Source of the DNA: the human T2T-CHM13v2.0 reference genome, Homo sapiens | Direction: 5' to 3' (one strand) | NCBI RefSeq assembly: GCF_009914755.1 | Contig: NC_060939.1 | DNA length: 64,000 bases | Shown: positions 26,816 to 39,025 of the stretch, piece after piece | How the letters are laid out: each line of letters starts with the position of its first letter | Numbering within the stretch: the stretch's first letter is position 1 | Position numbers and translations under genes: made by a program | The notes under the pieces: model-generated | What the model saw: the letters and a program-made list of their open reading frames with translations, nothing else | What the model was told of the DNA's origin: nothing | Database searches by the model: none

Positions 26816-28449
26816 TTAATTTGCCTTCATTTTTGAAGAATGTTTTCTGGATGTTAAACTCTGGACTGAGTGTTTTATTTTCTTTTGGCACATTATAAGT
26901 ATTTTTCAATTGTCTTGTAAGCTTCCTGGTTTCTGATGAAAGGTCAGCCATAATTTGTATATTGTCATTTCCTTGTATGCAATGCTCTTTTTTCTATTAT
27001 TAAGATAGCTTTTAATTTTTATTATTAAACACTTCGACTGTAATGTACCTAGGTTTTTTTTGTATATGTTTTTCCTGGGGATTACTGATCTTCTTAAAAC
27101 TGTACTTTGATTATTTCACCAAAGTGTGAAATTCTCAGCCATTATTTCTTCAAATATTTTTGTTCTATTTTCCTTTTCCTCTTATAAACTCCAATTACAA
27201 ATAACTGAGACCACTTGATATTGTCCCACAAGTCACTGAGCCTCTGATCATTTATTTTCAGTCTATTTTTACTCTGTTCTTCATATTTGATTATTACAAA
27301 TGATCTCTCTTCAGGTTTGCTAGCGATTTTTCCTATAATATACAATATACTGGTAATGTGAGTTTCTCATTTCAGATATTGTCTTTCTGAGTTCTAGGAT
27401 TTCCATGTGGTTTTTTTTTTATAGATTACCTTTTTCTGCTTAGATTCCCCATCTATTCACTCATTCTGTCTTCTTTTCCTTCAAATCTTTGAACATACTT
27501 ATAATGGTTGCTTTAAAGGCAATGTTTGCTAATTCCAACATCTGGGTCATTCCAGTCTCTGCTCCTAGTGACTAATTTTTGTTACTTGATCATCAGTCAT
27601 ATTTTCCTGCTTGTTTGCATGTCTGGTAATTTTTAAATTTACGTTGTAGAGAGCATAGATTATGTTTTCTGCTGTATTTATTTTCAGCAAGGCAATTAAA
27701 TTACTGGAAGATCTTCTTAACCTTATTAAACTGTTTATGCTTAGTGAGGACTACTCTGTTTTAGATTTTGCTTTAGTCCTAGAATATGGTTCTTTCTCTA
27801 GTGCACGCTATTTATGGCTTAGGCATGGCCTTTCTCATGCCTCCATGTAATGCCAGAGGTACCCAGAAAGGTCTTTTCACTTTTGGTGGGCCAGAAACCC
27901 ACCATGTTTCAGCCTTGCATGACCTCTGATAGCTTTGCTCACCTCTCAGCCCCAGAGCAAGCCATCTTCTCTAGACTTCAGAAAGTCTTGCCCTATGTAT
28001 ACACACCCTGGCACTTGGGAAACAACTCAAAGTAATTTCCCAAGCTGACTTATGGGCCCTCCCTTTACACAGGGCTCTCCTCTCAAATACCTTTTGCTTT
28101 AAAATCTAGTCACTTCAGCGTCTCTAAATTTTGATCTCTGCCTTTTCATCAGCTAAACTGTGCTTGGACTCTACCTCCCACCATTGGGAAAGATGTTCTT
28201 AGCAGGAAGGTGAGGTAAATGCGGTTTGCCTTATGAATGTCCCTTCTTTCAAGGACCGTGGTTCTATGCAGCCTGTTGTTAGATGCTTGAGAACAGTTAC
28301 CTCATATGCTTTTTGCCCAGGCCTACTGTTCTTTAGAAGAGACATGGTAAGTCTAATATCAGTTACTTTACCATGTCCAGAAGCAGAAGTTCTCATTTTA
28401 TATTTTTAAAGGGAAGAGCCATCTAATCACTTTGCTCCTTTTGTATTTT

Positions 28450-28610
28450 AATCTGGCGCTGTTAGAGAGGTTGGATATGAAAAAGCAGGAAGACCTTTAA
28501 GAAGAATATTGCAGTAGTCCAGATGTCAGATAAGGATCGTGGTAGTAGAGATAGAGGAGAGACAAATCTGAGAAACACTTAGAATGTAAAACCAGCAGGA
28601 GATTAAGAAA
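28450..28610 (-). mobile_element. L2 fragment
   Basis: gcaggaagacc...tattgcagtagtccagatg...ggtagtagagatagagg is antisense L2. Confidence 0.55.
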
Positions 28611-29019
28611 ATATAAGGGCTAGATTTGTAAGGTCAAACCTGGTGATGTCTTAAATGCTATGGCCTACCCCTTCAGTCTAAGTGTTTGTTTCCCAAGGCA
28701 TTGTCTTTTAAGTAACATAAAATACTTTCTTTGGTTTAAATATAATATCAACAAACTTACCAATAATTGGTTTGCACAGTTCAATCCAAACCAGTTTGCA
28801 TGTGTTTATAGCCCTCCTGTTCTTAGCCAGCATCCCAAAATTCAGAATGTCAGCATGACAATCTCAGACCTTAGAGTTTATCTTTTCATTCAAAAAGTTG
28901 ATTGAGGTTTGTGTGAATAGTGAAAACCATTAATTTATTATTCTCATGTCCTATTTCAGGCTTATCTCAGGGAAGTACTACTATGAACATCCTGTGCAAT
29001 GATGGGAGTGGGATAATTG

Positions 29020-29245
29020 TAAAACACAACATTCACTGAACACTTCTATGTGAACTGTGTTAAATGCTTTATTTAAATCATTTCATTTTACCCTTATAAT
29101 AACTTGTGAAATGGGATCTATTATTATATTCCTTTTAAAGAGGAAAAGTCCTGTGGCATAGTAAGTAATTGGCATACCTGAAATACAAATTGTGGTCAGT
29201 TTGACTCCTAATATAGTTCCACAGCATCTCATTCAACCACTGTGC
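29020..29245 (-). mobile_element. MIR fragment
   Basis: aacattcactgaacacttctatgtg...tcatttacccttataataacttgtgaaatggg. Confidence 0.55.
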
Positions 29246-29469
29246 TAGAAATAAGAGGTTTTGGTCAGGAGAGAAACATGGGCAGAAATCCAAAACTGGT
29301 TTCTTGATTCAAAAGTTGGGTACTTTACTCATGAAAATGTCAGGCAGCATAAAATGTAAGTGGAGTAGACGCAATGAGTCAACATGGGCAGATCTGAGAT
29401 GAAAGGCATTAGATTTGGCACACAGATGCTAGCACAAGGAGGACAGACACTTGTCCACATAGCCATTTT

Positions 29470-30014
29470 CTATCATTTTCTTCCCAGCAGGGTGGCAGTT
29501 TTGTATGGCCGTTCTTCCCAGCAGCCACGTGCTGGGGAAAGGACCTCTCTCAGTTCCAAAAAATAAATTTTGGATAGCCCAAGTCAGTCACAGTCATTCT
29601 GCCCTCCTTGCCAGTAATTAGCCATGAGTATGTGATGCAATTCTCTCTAGTGAAAAGTGAAGGAAAAAAAAACAAGTTTCCTCCAGGGTCAATGTGGAGG
29701 TATAAGAAAACCATCCTTCCTTGATAAGGAGTGACCTGTGAAGGAAGGGCCCCATTCCTCTGCCTGTGATGAGGTACATGAGCGTGTGATGCCTGGGAAG
29801 GTAAGAGCCAGCCTAGGACCATGAATAGATGAGCCAACCTGCCAATGTGGCAGAGAAGAAAGGCTGAATGGACCTGGGTCTTTGATCATTTCTTTGAGGC
29901 ATGTAATGAAGAAACCTTACACTTACTTTTCATGCTATAATACCTTTCTTCATTATTTAACCACTATTAGTTAAACATTCTGTTACTTAATACTGAAAGC
30001 ACCTTAACAGATAC
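29470..30014 (+). mobile_element. MLT1K/L-like ERVL-MaLR LTR
   Basis: gtgatgcctggg...gccagcctaggaccatga...ggacctgggtctttgatcat; 3' end ttctgttacttaatactgaaagcaccttaacagatac. Confidence 0.65.
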
Positions 30015-30038
30015 TGCAAGTTTCCTGTTGGCTCAGAC

Positions 30039-30261
30039 CAGAGGTTGACAAATGTACTCCGTAAAATGGTCAGATAATTAAGTATTTTCTGCTTTTTATG
30101 CCATACAGATTCTGTCACAAATACCTAACTCTACCATTATAGCATGAGAGCTGCAAAAAAAAATTATGTAAATGAATGTGTATGGCCGTATTCCAATAAA
30201 ACTTTATTTATAAAAACAGGAGGCTAGATTTGGCCCATGGGCTATAGACGGCCAACCCTTA
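30039..30261. mobile_element. MER58A hAT-Charlie DNA transposon
   Basis: cagaggttgacaaa...gtattccaataaaactttatttataaaaacagg...gatttggcccatgggctatag; about 220 bp with degenerate TIRs. Confidence 0.85.
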
Positions 30262-30755
30262 CTTAATAAATTCATATGAACCTAACTTAGTAAATTTAGA
30301 CACAATCTCTTTGGTCAGCCCTAGGCTGAATAGACTTGGGGGTACACCTAACAGTCTCTATCACAGTACTTTTATCGAACAAATTAACCCATGAATGTCA
30401 CAGAGCATTCAGGACCAACATTATTCCATATACTTACTCTGACAATAGGGTTCAGTCTTCTACTTAGTACTTCCTATTTAACAAGCATGAAGTTGTCTAC
30501 ATATTTTTGAAATAGTCATGGAACAATTGCCTTCCCTATATTTTTTCCAAGAGATTAGAGAGTAATCTGACACAGAAGGGATGTTAAATAAATATTTCAT
30601 ACATATGTAAATAATGAAGAAGTAGAGAAATAGACAAATGGGTGAATGAACAAAAAAAGTGAGGAAAGATTGAACTGATAAAAACCTTAAGATAAAGTTC
30701 TATGACTAAGCAAAAGGAAGATAATTTGTGGGGATGGAAGAGCAGAATATATTAA

Positions 30756-31254
30756 TGAGTTAGGCAGAATAATAGCTCCCCAAATATGTTCATGTCCTAA
30801 TTTTCAGAAACCATGATTTGGTTCCCTTCCATGAAAAAAGGGACTTTGCAGAAGTGATTAAGATTACAGATTTTGAGCTAGGGAGATTATCCTGGATTAT
30901 TCAGGCATGCCCAAAGTAATCAAATGAGCCATTAAGCATAGAATTTCTCCCAGTTGTGGTCAAAGAGCATGATGATGAAAGAAGAGTCAAAGAGGTGGGA
31001 TGTTGCTGGCTTTGAAGATGAAGGGGTCATGAGTCGAAGAAAGTGGGCAGCCTCTAGAAGCTGGAAACAGCAAGGAAAGGAACTCTGCCCTCGTGCCTCC
31101 TGAAACAAACATAGCTCTGCCAACATGTTGATTATAGCCCAGTGAGACCTGTATTGGATCTCTGACCCATAAAAATGTAAGATAATAAATTTTTGTTGTT
31201 TTAAGTCAACAAGTGTGAAGCAATTTGTTAAAGCAGCAATTGAAAACTTATACA
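30756..31254 (+). mobile_element. MLT1D ERVL-MaLR solo LTR
   Basis: TG...CA termini; aggcagaataatagctcccc, gggactttgcaga, gggagattatcctggatt, AATAAA; 5-bp TSD attaa/actaa. Confidence 0.88.
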
Positions 31255-31809
31255 ACTAATAGACCATATCATATCTCTAATTAACAGTTTCTTAGAGATC
31301 CGCTATGTTGATTGCCATTATTCCTCCTTATTCTCTTACTACTCTTTTGCCTACCCTATTCTTCACACACATCCTGTAGCTCTATATTTCAACAATATTG
31401 TTGTCTGCTTTAATAACACCAAGACTAAATTTTTTTAATCTGAACAATATAATGGTTTAATTCATAAAAACTCAATAGATAGACCAGGCATGATTTCCAA
31501 ATGGTCACCATAAAGAGACCAAGGGAGAAGGTTGCTATCCTTGATCCAGTGTAATTGGTCTGCCTAGGTCTCACTTGCTCTACTAGGAAGACAACAGGTT
31601 TGGTAGCTCTGCTACTCAGAGACATTGTGGGGAGCTTTCATAAATAGTTTTCTGCCTGTGCTTCATTTCCCTGTTTAAAACTGTAAGTGAAACGAATAAC
31701 TTTCATTCATCTCATCCCATCTCTCAAAGGTATTATATATCATTTAACAACTTGTAAGTATGCCACAGACAGGAATTGACAGGACAATGTCGATTTACAA
31801 TAATAATAT

Positions 31810-31863
31810 TAATAAACTTGTGAAACTGTATAGACTTAATGAACTTGTGAATCTGTGTAGATC
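31810..31863. repeat. 27-bp diverged tandem duplication
   Basis: taataaacttgtgaaactgtatagact / taatgaacttgtgaatctgtgtagatc. Confidence 0.8.
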
Positions 31864-32787
31864 TCAGGTTGATTCTTCCGCACTGCTGTTCTCTCTCTTC
31901 AGCTAGAATAAGCAGTCTGACATATAATGCCAAATTCATTTTCACCGAGGGCTCACTCTCCACAAGGACTTGGTCAGTTCAGAGTGACCAACTCAAAGAC
32001 AGTGGGTCCCTGCCCTCCACTTTCATGCCTGTCTGCTCTGGGTGGCCAGGCTAGAACAGGATGAGCATTTCTACACATATAATGAAGGTATGGCCTTCAT
32101 AGTGTTCCTCATCTTAGCCATCTGTGCCACATCCACTGCTGCATGTATTTGAGTATTCTCCCACATCATTCCCCATTACATGAAGCTGGCTTCACTCAGT
32201 GCTGTGCAGAAGATAGGTCGTTAGCCTCAGCTAAGTCCCCACTTCTCCAAAGCAGTGGAATTCCCAAATAACCTCACTTCATATGCTGCTTGTTCAACTC
32301 TCTTATCCTTCCACCATGTTATTTTGCTGTAAGATGCCTGACAATCCAAAGAAAAATAAAATAATTTTTATTGATGTATAACATACATCAGGCCCATATT
32401 CATGACATGTGGAATGAGCTAGTGGCTAACTTGCACTGCTTATACTAAACACTCTCTAAGGTAACATTTGAACTCTGGTCTTTTCCCAAGCGTTTGTCAA
32501 ATAATGAATAAAATATAAATTCATGATATTACCAAATATTAACCCATAATTCTCCAGCTTCCAGGGGATCCCCAGGCTTCAATCACCTATTTCAGTACCA
32601 ATTTCCAGACTATTCCCAAAATACAAAAACAGCAATACAAAAACACTATTCAAATATTTTAAGAAGTCACCTTAAGGAAAATAACAGGTTCCTGGCTCGT
32701 CCAGGAAAGATGGTACTTGACATTTGTTAGTTTTCTGGACTAAGCTTTGGTTTTAGGTTGGGGGATTCTAGGGAGGCCTAGACAATA

Positions 32788-32813
32788 GGTTCTAGAGCCT
32801 GGTTCTAGAGCCT
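32788..32813. repeat. perfect 13-bp tandem duplication
   Basis: ggttctagagcct x2. Confidence 0.9.
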
Positions 32814-33066
32814 CCAGTCTGCAGGTTCTCACAGATTGGTCAGGGAAAGCTCCAGAAGTTCCTTTCTTGTGGACTATCATCAAGGTCACCTAAATGAAAA
32901 GGGAGATATTTTTTCACAGATTGCGCAGGCTAATTCCACATAGAAGATGGAGACTCAGAGCACTGTTATGCTCATATAAGGTTAAAGGAAACAAGGAGAG
33001 TCATAGACTAGATTCTACTTACTGAATTGTTGCAAAGTTGAAATTCTGTGGCTCACGATGTCCCTC

Positions 33067-33311
33067 TTATTTATTTATTTATATTTTTTGAGACAGGGCC
33101 TCACTCTGTCACCCAGGCTGGAGTGCAGTGACACAATCATGGCTCACTGAAGCCTTGACCTCCCAGGCTCAAGCCATCCTCTTGCCTCAGCCCCCCAAGT
33201 AGTTGGGACCACAGGCACATGCCACCACGCCCATCTAATTTTTATTTCTTTTTTGTAGAGACAGAGTCTCACTATGTTGCCCTGGCTGGTTTCAAATTCC
33301 TGGGCTCAAGC
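33067..33311 (-). mobile_element. 5'-truncated AluJ
   Basis: Antisense Alu with J diagnostics (gccttgacctcccaggctcaagc, ctatgttgccc); homology stops at gggctcaagc, so about 50 nt of the 5' end is missing. Confidence 0.92.
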
Positions 33312-33859
33312 AGGCCAGCCAGGATACCTCTTTTGATGCATGAATTAAAAACAAAAGCAAAACGTGTTCTCAATACCAATATCTTATAGAAAAATGTCAT
33401 GAAAAAGATGCAAGCTGCCATGTTAATACAGAAAACTAAATCACCCTTACCCTCATGTAATGCTTGGCTGCCTAAATCCTAATTTTAAAAAACTGACTAA
33501 AATAACAGCAACATCAGTTACATGCTATGAAATGAACATTCTAGTCAATTCACAAATGTTAATGTGTACATTGGCAGTGATTTTGATTCACCCAAAGAAC
33601 AGTTTCAAAGGAGCCTATGTCTCAAAGACTGAGTTTGACGTTCAATAAACTTTCCTATCTCAGTTTTCCTAACAATGAAAATCTAGGTTTAAATCATATA
33701 GAATTCCATAAAATGGCCTAGACTATTTTGGAGGCAGGTATGGTTAAAATGTATTATATTTGTGCTGAATTTATCAAACTCTCTTCAAATGTTCTTTTTC
33801 CTTGGTAGTGGGCTAATCCTATATTTCCCTCTACAATTAATGATAGTTTCGATTGCTAG

Positions 33860-34892
33860 TGTTACAGGATTTTTTTGGTGCCAGTTTGCCAGCAAGAAAT
33901 CTTTGCGCCTGCCATATCCTCTGCCTAAGGCCTTGCTCGGGCCTGCTACGCTTGCTCTGCCCACTCGGCCCAGCAGGCTGCACTCAGCCCGTGTCCCAGC
34001 CCAGATCCCGCGGCAGAAAAGGGACTCTGCTTAGCCCACAGATGGACCAGGTGTGTCACGAGTAAATTTTGTGTTGGGCACCAGTGTCTAGACAAGGGGA
34101 ACGTGGTGGCGCTTGAAACCTCAGAGATGGCGGCAACCGCAGAGCCCCAAGGGGTGTCACAGCTCTCACCCAGGGAGTGGTGAGGTCTCAGCCCCCAAGA
34201 AATGTTGCAGTTTTTGTAGTTCTGCAAGACAGCCAGGAGGGAATGGCGCCCAGTGGCTTCACTTCTTCACACCCACAGCTAGGCCAACAGGGGCGTGTTA
34301 TAGCTTTCTTCGCTCCCACCGCCCGTACCGTGGTAAACTGGGGGCCTGTTACAGCTCCCTTCGCACCTGCTGCCCACAGCTCAGAAAAAGGGGGCGTGTT
34401 ACAGCTCGTTTGTTCTCACCACCCACAGCTCAGCGAGTTCCAGGTTCTTGTACCACGACCAAGAGGAATAAAGTACATAGACACTGGAGAGTAAGGCAGA
34501 GAAGAATTTTACTGAGTGACAGAAGGAAAGCTCTCAATAGTGAGAGGGGACCCTGAAAGCGGGTTGCCCTCAGCTGTGAGAAGCGGCCTGAAGGCAGGTA
34601 GGCCTCTGTGAGGCTGAGTCCAGAGTTTCTGTTGGCTCAGAATGGGGGAGTGCGTGCTGATTGGTCCATGGGTAGGCTTTGGAAAAAGCACCATTCAATT
34701 GGTTAAAAGCCATCATCCAGAAGGAACCAACTGAGAGAGAGAGAGAGAGGGTAAGTCTCACTCCAGCTGTGGGCTCTATCCAGAACCACAGCTCAGTTTT
34801 CAGGCTTTAAACTATCTTTGGGTTGAAGGTTGGATTTCACTGGGGACCCATCCCTGTCTGCCTAGAGATATGTCTGCCTCTGGTAGCTAAAA
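33860..34892 (-). mobile_element. ERV1 solo LTR, LTR27/LTR28 (LTR1/MER52-related) group, about 1.03 kb
   Basis: Minus strand starts ...gaggcagacatatctctaggcagacagggatgggtccccagtgaaa and ends ...tgtaaca; CCAAT boxes; AGTAAA signal; about 50-bp internal repeats; 4-bp TSD ctag/ctgg. Confidence 0.8.
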
Positions 34893-35417
34893 CTGGCACA
34901 GTCAAATTTAACCTGGTTTTAAAAAATTAATATATGCTCTGACATAAGACTAACCCTGAATATAAGATCATCCTTGATATTTCTGATAAAAATCCTGAAG
35001 TCATTTTTGGACAAATTGAATATATATAAAGATCTTAGGAGTGTAGATAAAATTGTCAAATGTCTACTTACAGTGTTTTGTTGATTTAGTTATACTTTCA
35101 TATTAAAGTTGACTATATTAAATATATTACTGGGGAATATTGCTGTATCCACTCACATATTTTACAAAATAATTTCATTCATACTTTTCACATGCGTGTT
35201 TAACATCATTATATTGATTTTCACCAAGGCCACTGAGTCATCTGACACAGCTTTCCAGGGTGCTCTCTCCATTCGCATCTGCCTGAGTTCTTTGAGATAC
35301 TGCCCTATGTCAACCCACATATAATGCTGACACTTGCTATTTTATCTCAAGCACCGATTCACACAACGTTAAAGCTGATAATTTTTTTTTATGTAGTTGT
35401 GTACTCTTGATTCTTGA

Positions 35418-35739
<322 letters not shown>

Positions 35740-35958
35740 AGTGCTGTGTTTATTTAATGACATCAAACACTTGCAATTTTAAAGTCACGTTTCATGAAAC
35801 CATTACTAAATCCGTGTTAAATTTCTTTGTCTCATTTTGGAACAATTGACTAAGGCACTCTCGGGCTAATGTGTCTTATGCTAATAACCATTCGTATAAA
35901 AAAAAAATAACAGAAAACACCACAGAAGATGAGATACTTTGCAAGGAATTGATTATAA

Positions 35959-35961
<3 letters not shown>

Positions 35962-35995
<34 letters not shown>
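35962..35995. repeat. (GT)17 microsatellite
   Basis: Perfect dinucleotide run. Confidence 0.97.
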
Positions 35996-35997
<2 letters not shown>

Positions 35998-38492
35998 AAA
36001 AATCTCACCCTTATCTGTGTATATAGTAACATCATTTTTTCAAAACTAAGTTATAGTTCTTTAGTATATTCAGTTTTTCTTATATCCTGCTTATTAGTAT
36101 GGCATAAATAGCAAACCAGAATTTTTATCAGTGACTAAATACAGGTGAATAAAAAAAATACTGCATTCAGCTCTGGATTCAGCTTGTTAACCAGTGAAGA
36201 GGGCTAATGAAAACCACAGGTAATCCTCAAACCTCATTTCGGCCATTAGTTTCAATCTTGTCCCCTGCTCCTTCTTTTACCAGAATTGCTGACAAGGAGT
36301 AAAGTGGGGCTGACTAGGATTTCTCATCCCACACACCTCTGGCAGAGGTGCTAATGAACAGCAGAATGGCCACAAGGCAGCATACCCAACGTAGCGAAGA
36401 GGCAAGGGAGTGAGGTAATCCTCCAGCTGAATATAAACCACTGATAATGCCAGCTTAATCTCCACTTCTGTCACCTATCCAGAGGCAGCAGTCTTACCCT
36501 TTTACTCAAAAATACTAAATAATTAGAAAGACTTGGCATAAATGATACAATTCAGCCATTTTGTACTCAATAATAATTATTTACCTTAAAAGATTTCATT
36601 TAAAATGAGTGTTTTAACAGAACATATAGCAAGGTGCAGAGTGATTTCTCATTCATATTACCAATTAATAACAGAAGAATTCTCTGAAAACCGAAAACAT
36701 TTTGTTCCTGCTAAAATCGTCTGTTGGTTTAACCAAGCTGGCACAGACTGAGCTCGCATTATGCTTATTAGAAGGATATGTTGCAGCCAAGCTGTGTTTA
36801 TTAAATATATACAGTGCCTACATTACCGGGATTTATAACACACATCAACAGTTAAAAATTAAAGACTGTAACATATCCATTTATATTATAGTGCTTCAAC
36901 AAAAGTCAGCATAATTGTGAAATTTATTAAGCATCTGCAAAAATATCGATGGACTATAAAGCTTGACTTTTCTTATTTCAGGATAAACCCAAGCTCCATA
37001 AAATTCCATTCGTTTTCCTATTTAAGTATTTTTAACCCCAAAGTTAAGTGTCCTCTGACAAAGTATCCAAGCCGTTACAAACCCTCATATGCCCTGAAAT
37101 GTTTTCTTTCCATGACCGTAAGCTTGTTGAGAATATAGACAAAAATGCCAGGACCATGTAAGCCCCCAAAACAACATCATTCAGTGAGCTCATGGAAAAT
37201 CAAAAGTGAAACTCATTAGAGACAGGCAAAGTATAAAAGAAACGAACCAAATTTAGCTTCATTACTCAAGCTGAGTGAAATGCAAAACACAAACAATGTA
37301 AGGAGGTACAGGTCCTTTGTATTTTAGCAATTCTTAAATTTTTTATGATTCTGGGTTTTTGTGGTTGCTTGGGAGAAATGTTTTAATGTAAGATTCATCT
37401 TGACAAGAAGGCCTATAACAATGGTACTGCTTAGAATAGCCCAATTAAAATGTTCACATTTGGTAACTTTGCATTATATAAAAAGTACACAATGGAATAT
37501 GGATCATTATCACTTTTCTTTCCTGGAATCAAAATACTGAATGTTGCATGGCACCAAAATTGCCCCTCCCACCCCTGAAAAAGCCCCAAACCAAGTCTGA
37601 ATATCAACCAAGTTAATTAAGTCCATATGGGGAGACAGGCGTCCTGGGGACTTTTTACTTCTTAAGAGAAAATACATTGATTGTAACCCACATATGTCAG
37701 CTTCTCTTATCTGTATCTTTGCCCAACTATTTTTAACTATATAATTATTTATTTTTATTGTCATCCCTCCCTCAAGATCGTACGTAGCATAAGTGTAAGG
37801 ACTACATCTGGTTGTCATTTTTTAAAACTATTATAGGTCCAAATGCCTAGGGCAAAAATAAGGCAAAAAAATAGACTAGACATTGCTGAACTAGTTCTGG
37901 TTTATCTAAAAACTTGCATCAGTTCCTCACATCTCTTGGCCACTAAGGAACCAGCTGGTAGGCTGATTCTCAGCCTCCTCTTCCCCAGCAATGACATCAC
38001 TTGTGAAATTCCATTTAGGCTCCAGCACTTCCTTCTCTTACCATATACCCCTGAATTCCTAGATTCTAGACTAAACCGAGAGGTTTTCAGCGTGAAAGTG
38101 AGACCTGATGAGTAGAAGGCTATTTAAAAGAGTCAGCATTTTCTCATGTAAGTCATGCAAAGTGTCAGATTTCAAGGATGGAGGTGGCTTCTGAGGTAGC
38201 TGCCCTCCTAAATTGGTCATTGGGCATCATTTTACCATGGCCACTGGTTTCCTACCATTAACCTTCCTGTTACCACATAAGAAATCATTGTGGGGTAAAT
38301 CAATTTCACTGTCTCATTGCACAAATAAGTAACTCAAGTCAGTGAGAAATCTATAGGACTTTCTTCACAACACTAAAGACCACCCTTGACATTCATGACC
38401 CATGAGCATCTGGTTACCATTTAAATCACAGAGAACAACCCTAGAAAATCTGAGCCATTGCTCTTACTCCTGCATACAAATATCCTCCAACT

Positions 38493-39025
38493 CAGGGGTC
38501 CTCAACCTCCAGGCCATGGACCAGTATCAGTTGTGGGCTGTTAGTAACTGGGCTGCATGGCTGGAGGTGAACGGCAGGAAAGTAAGCCAAGTTTCATCTA
38601 TATTTACAGCCACTCCCCATTGCTTGTATTACCACCTGAGCTCTGCCTCCTGTCAGATTAATGGCAGCATTAGATTGTCATAGGAACCCAAACCCTATTG
38701 TGAACTGTGTTTGGGACCTAGGTTGTGCGCTCCTTATGAGAATCTAATTTGTGTCTGGAAGACAGTGATGATTTGTCACTGTCTCCCATCACCCCAAGAT
38801 GGGACTGTCTAGCTGCAGGAAAACAAACTCAGGGCTCCCACTGATTCTACATTATGGTGAGTTGTATAATTATTTCATTGTATATTACAATGTAATAATG
38901 GAAATAAAATACATGATAAATGTAATGCATTTGAATCATCCTGAAACGATCCCCCCACACTGGTCTACAGAAAAATATTCTTGCACAAAACCGGTCCCTG
39001 GTGCCAAAAAGGTTGGGGACTGCTG
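38493..39025 (+). mobile_element. MER1A hAT-Charlie DNA transposon, full length
   Basis: TIRs caggggtcctcaacc / ggttggggactgctg; 8-bp TSD ctccaact/ttccaact; about 530 bp. Confidence 0.92.

Noticed and set aside
34285-34436. Repeat-spacer-like periodicity resembling a CRISPR array
   Set aside because: Eukaryotic LTR-internal diverged tandem units; the spacers are homologous to each other and there are no cas genes
33762-34761. Cluster of overlapping ORFs up to 147 aa
   Set aside because: All lie in a GC-rich ERV1 LTR where stop codons are rare; no gag/pol/env similarity
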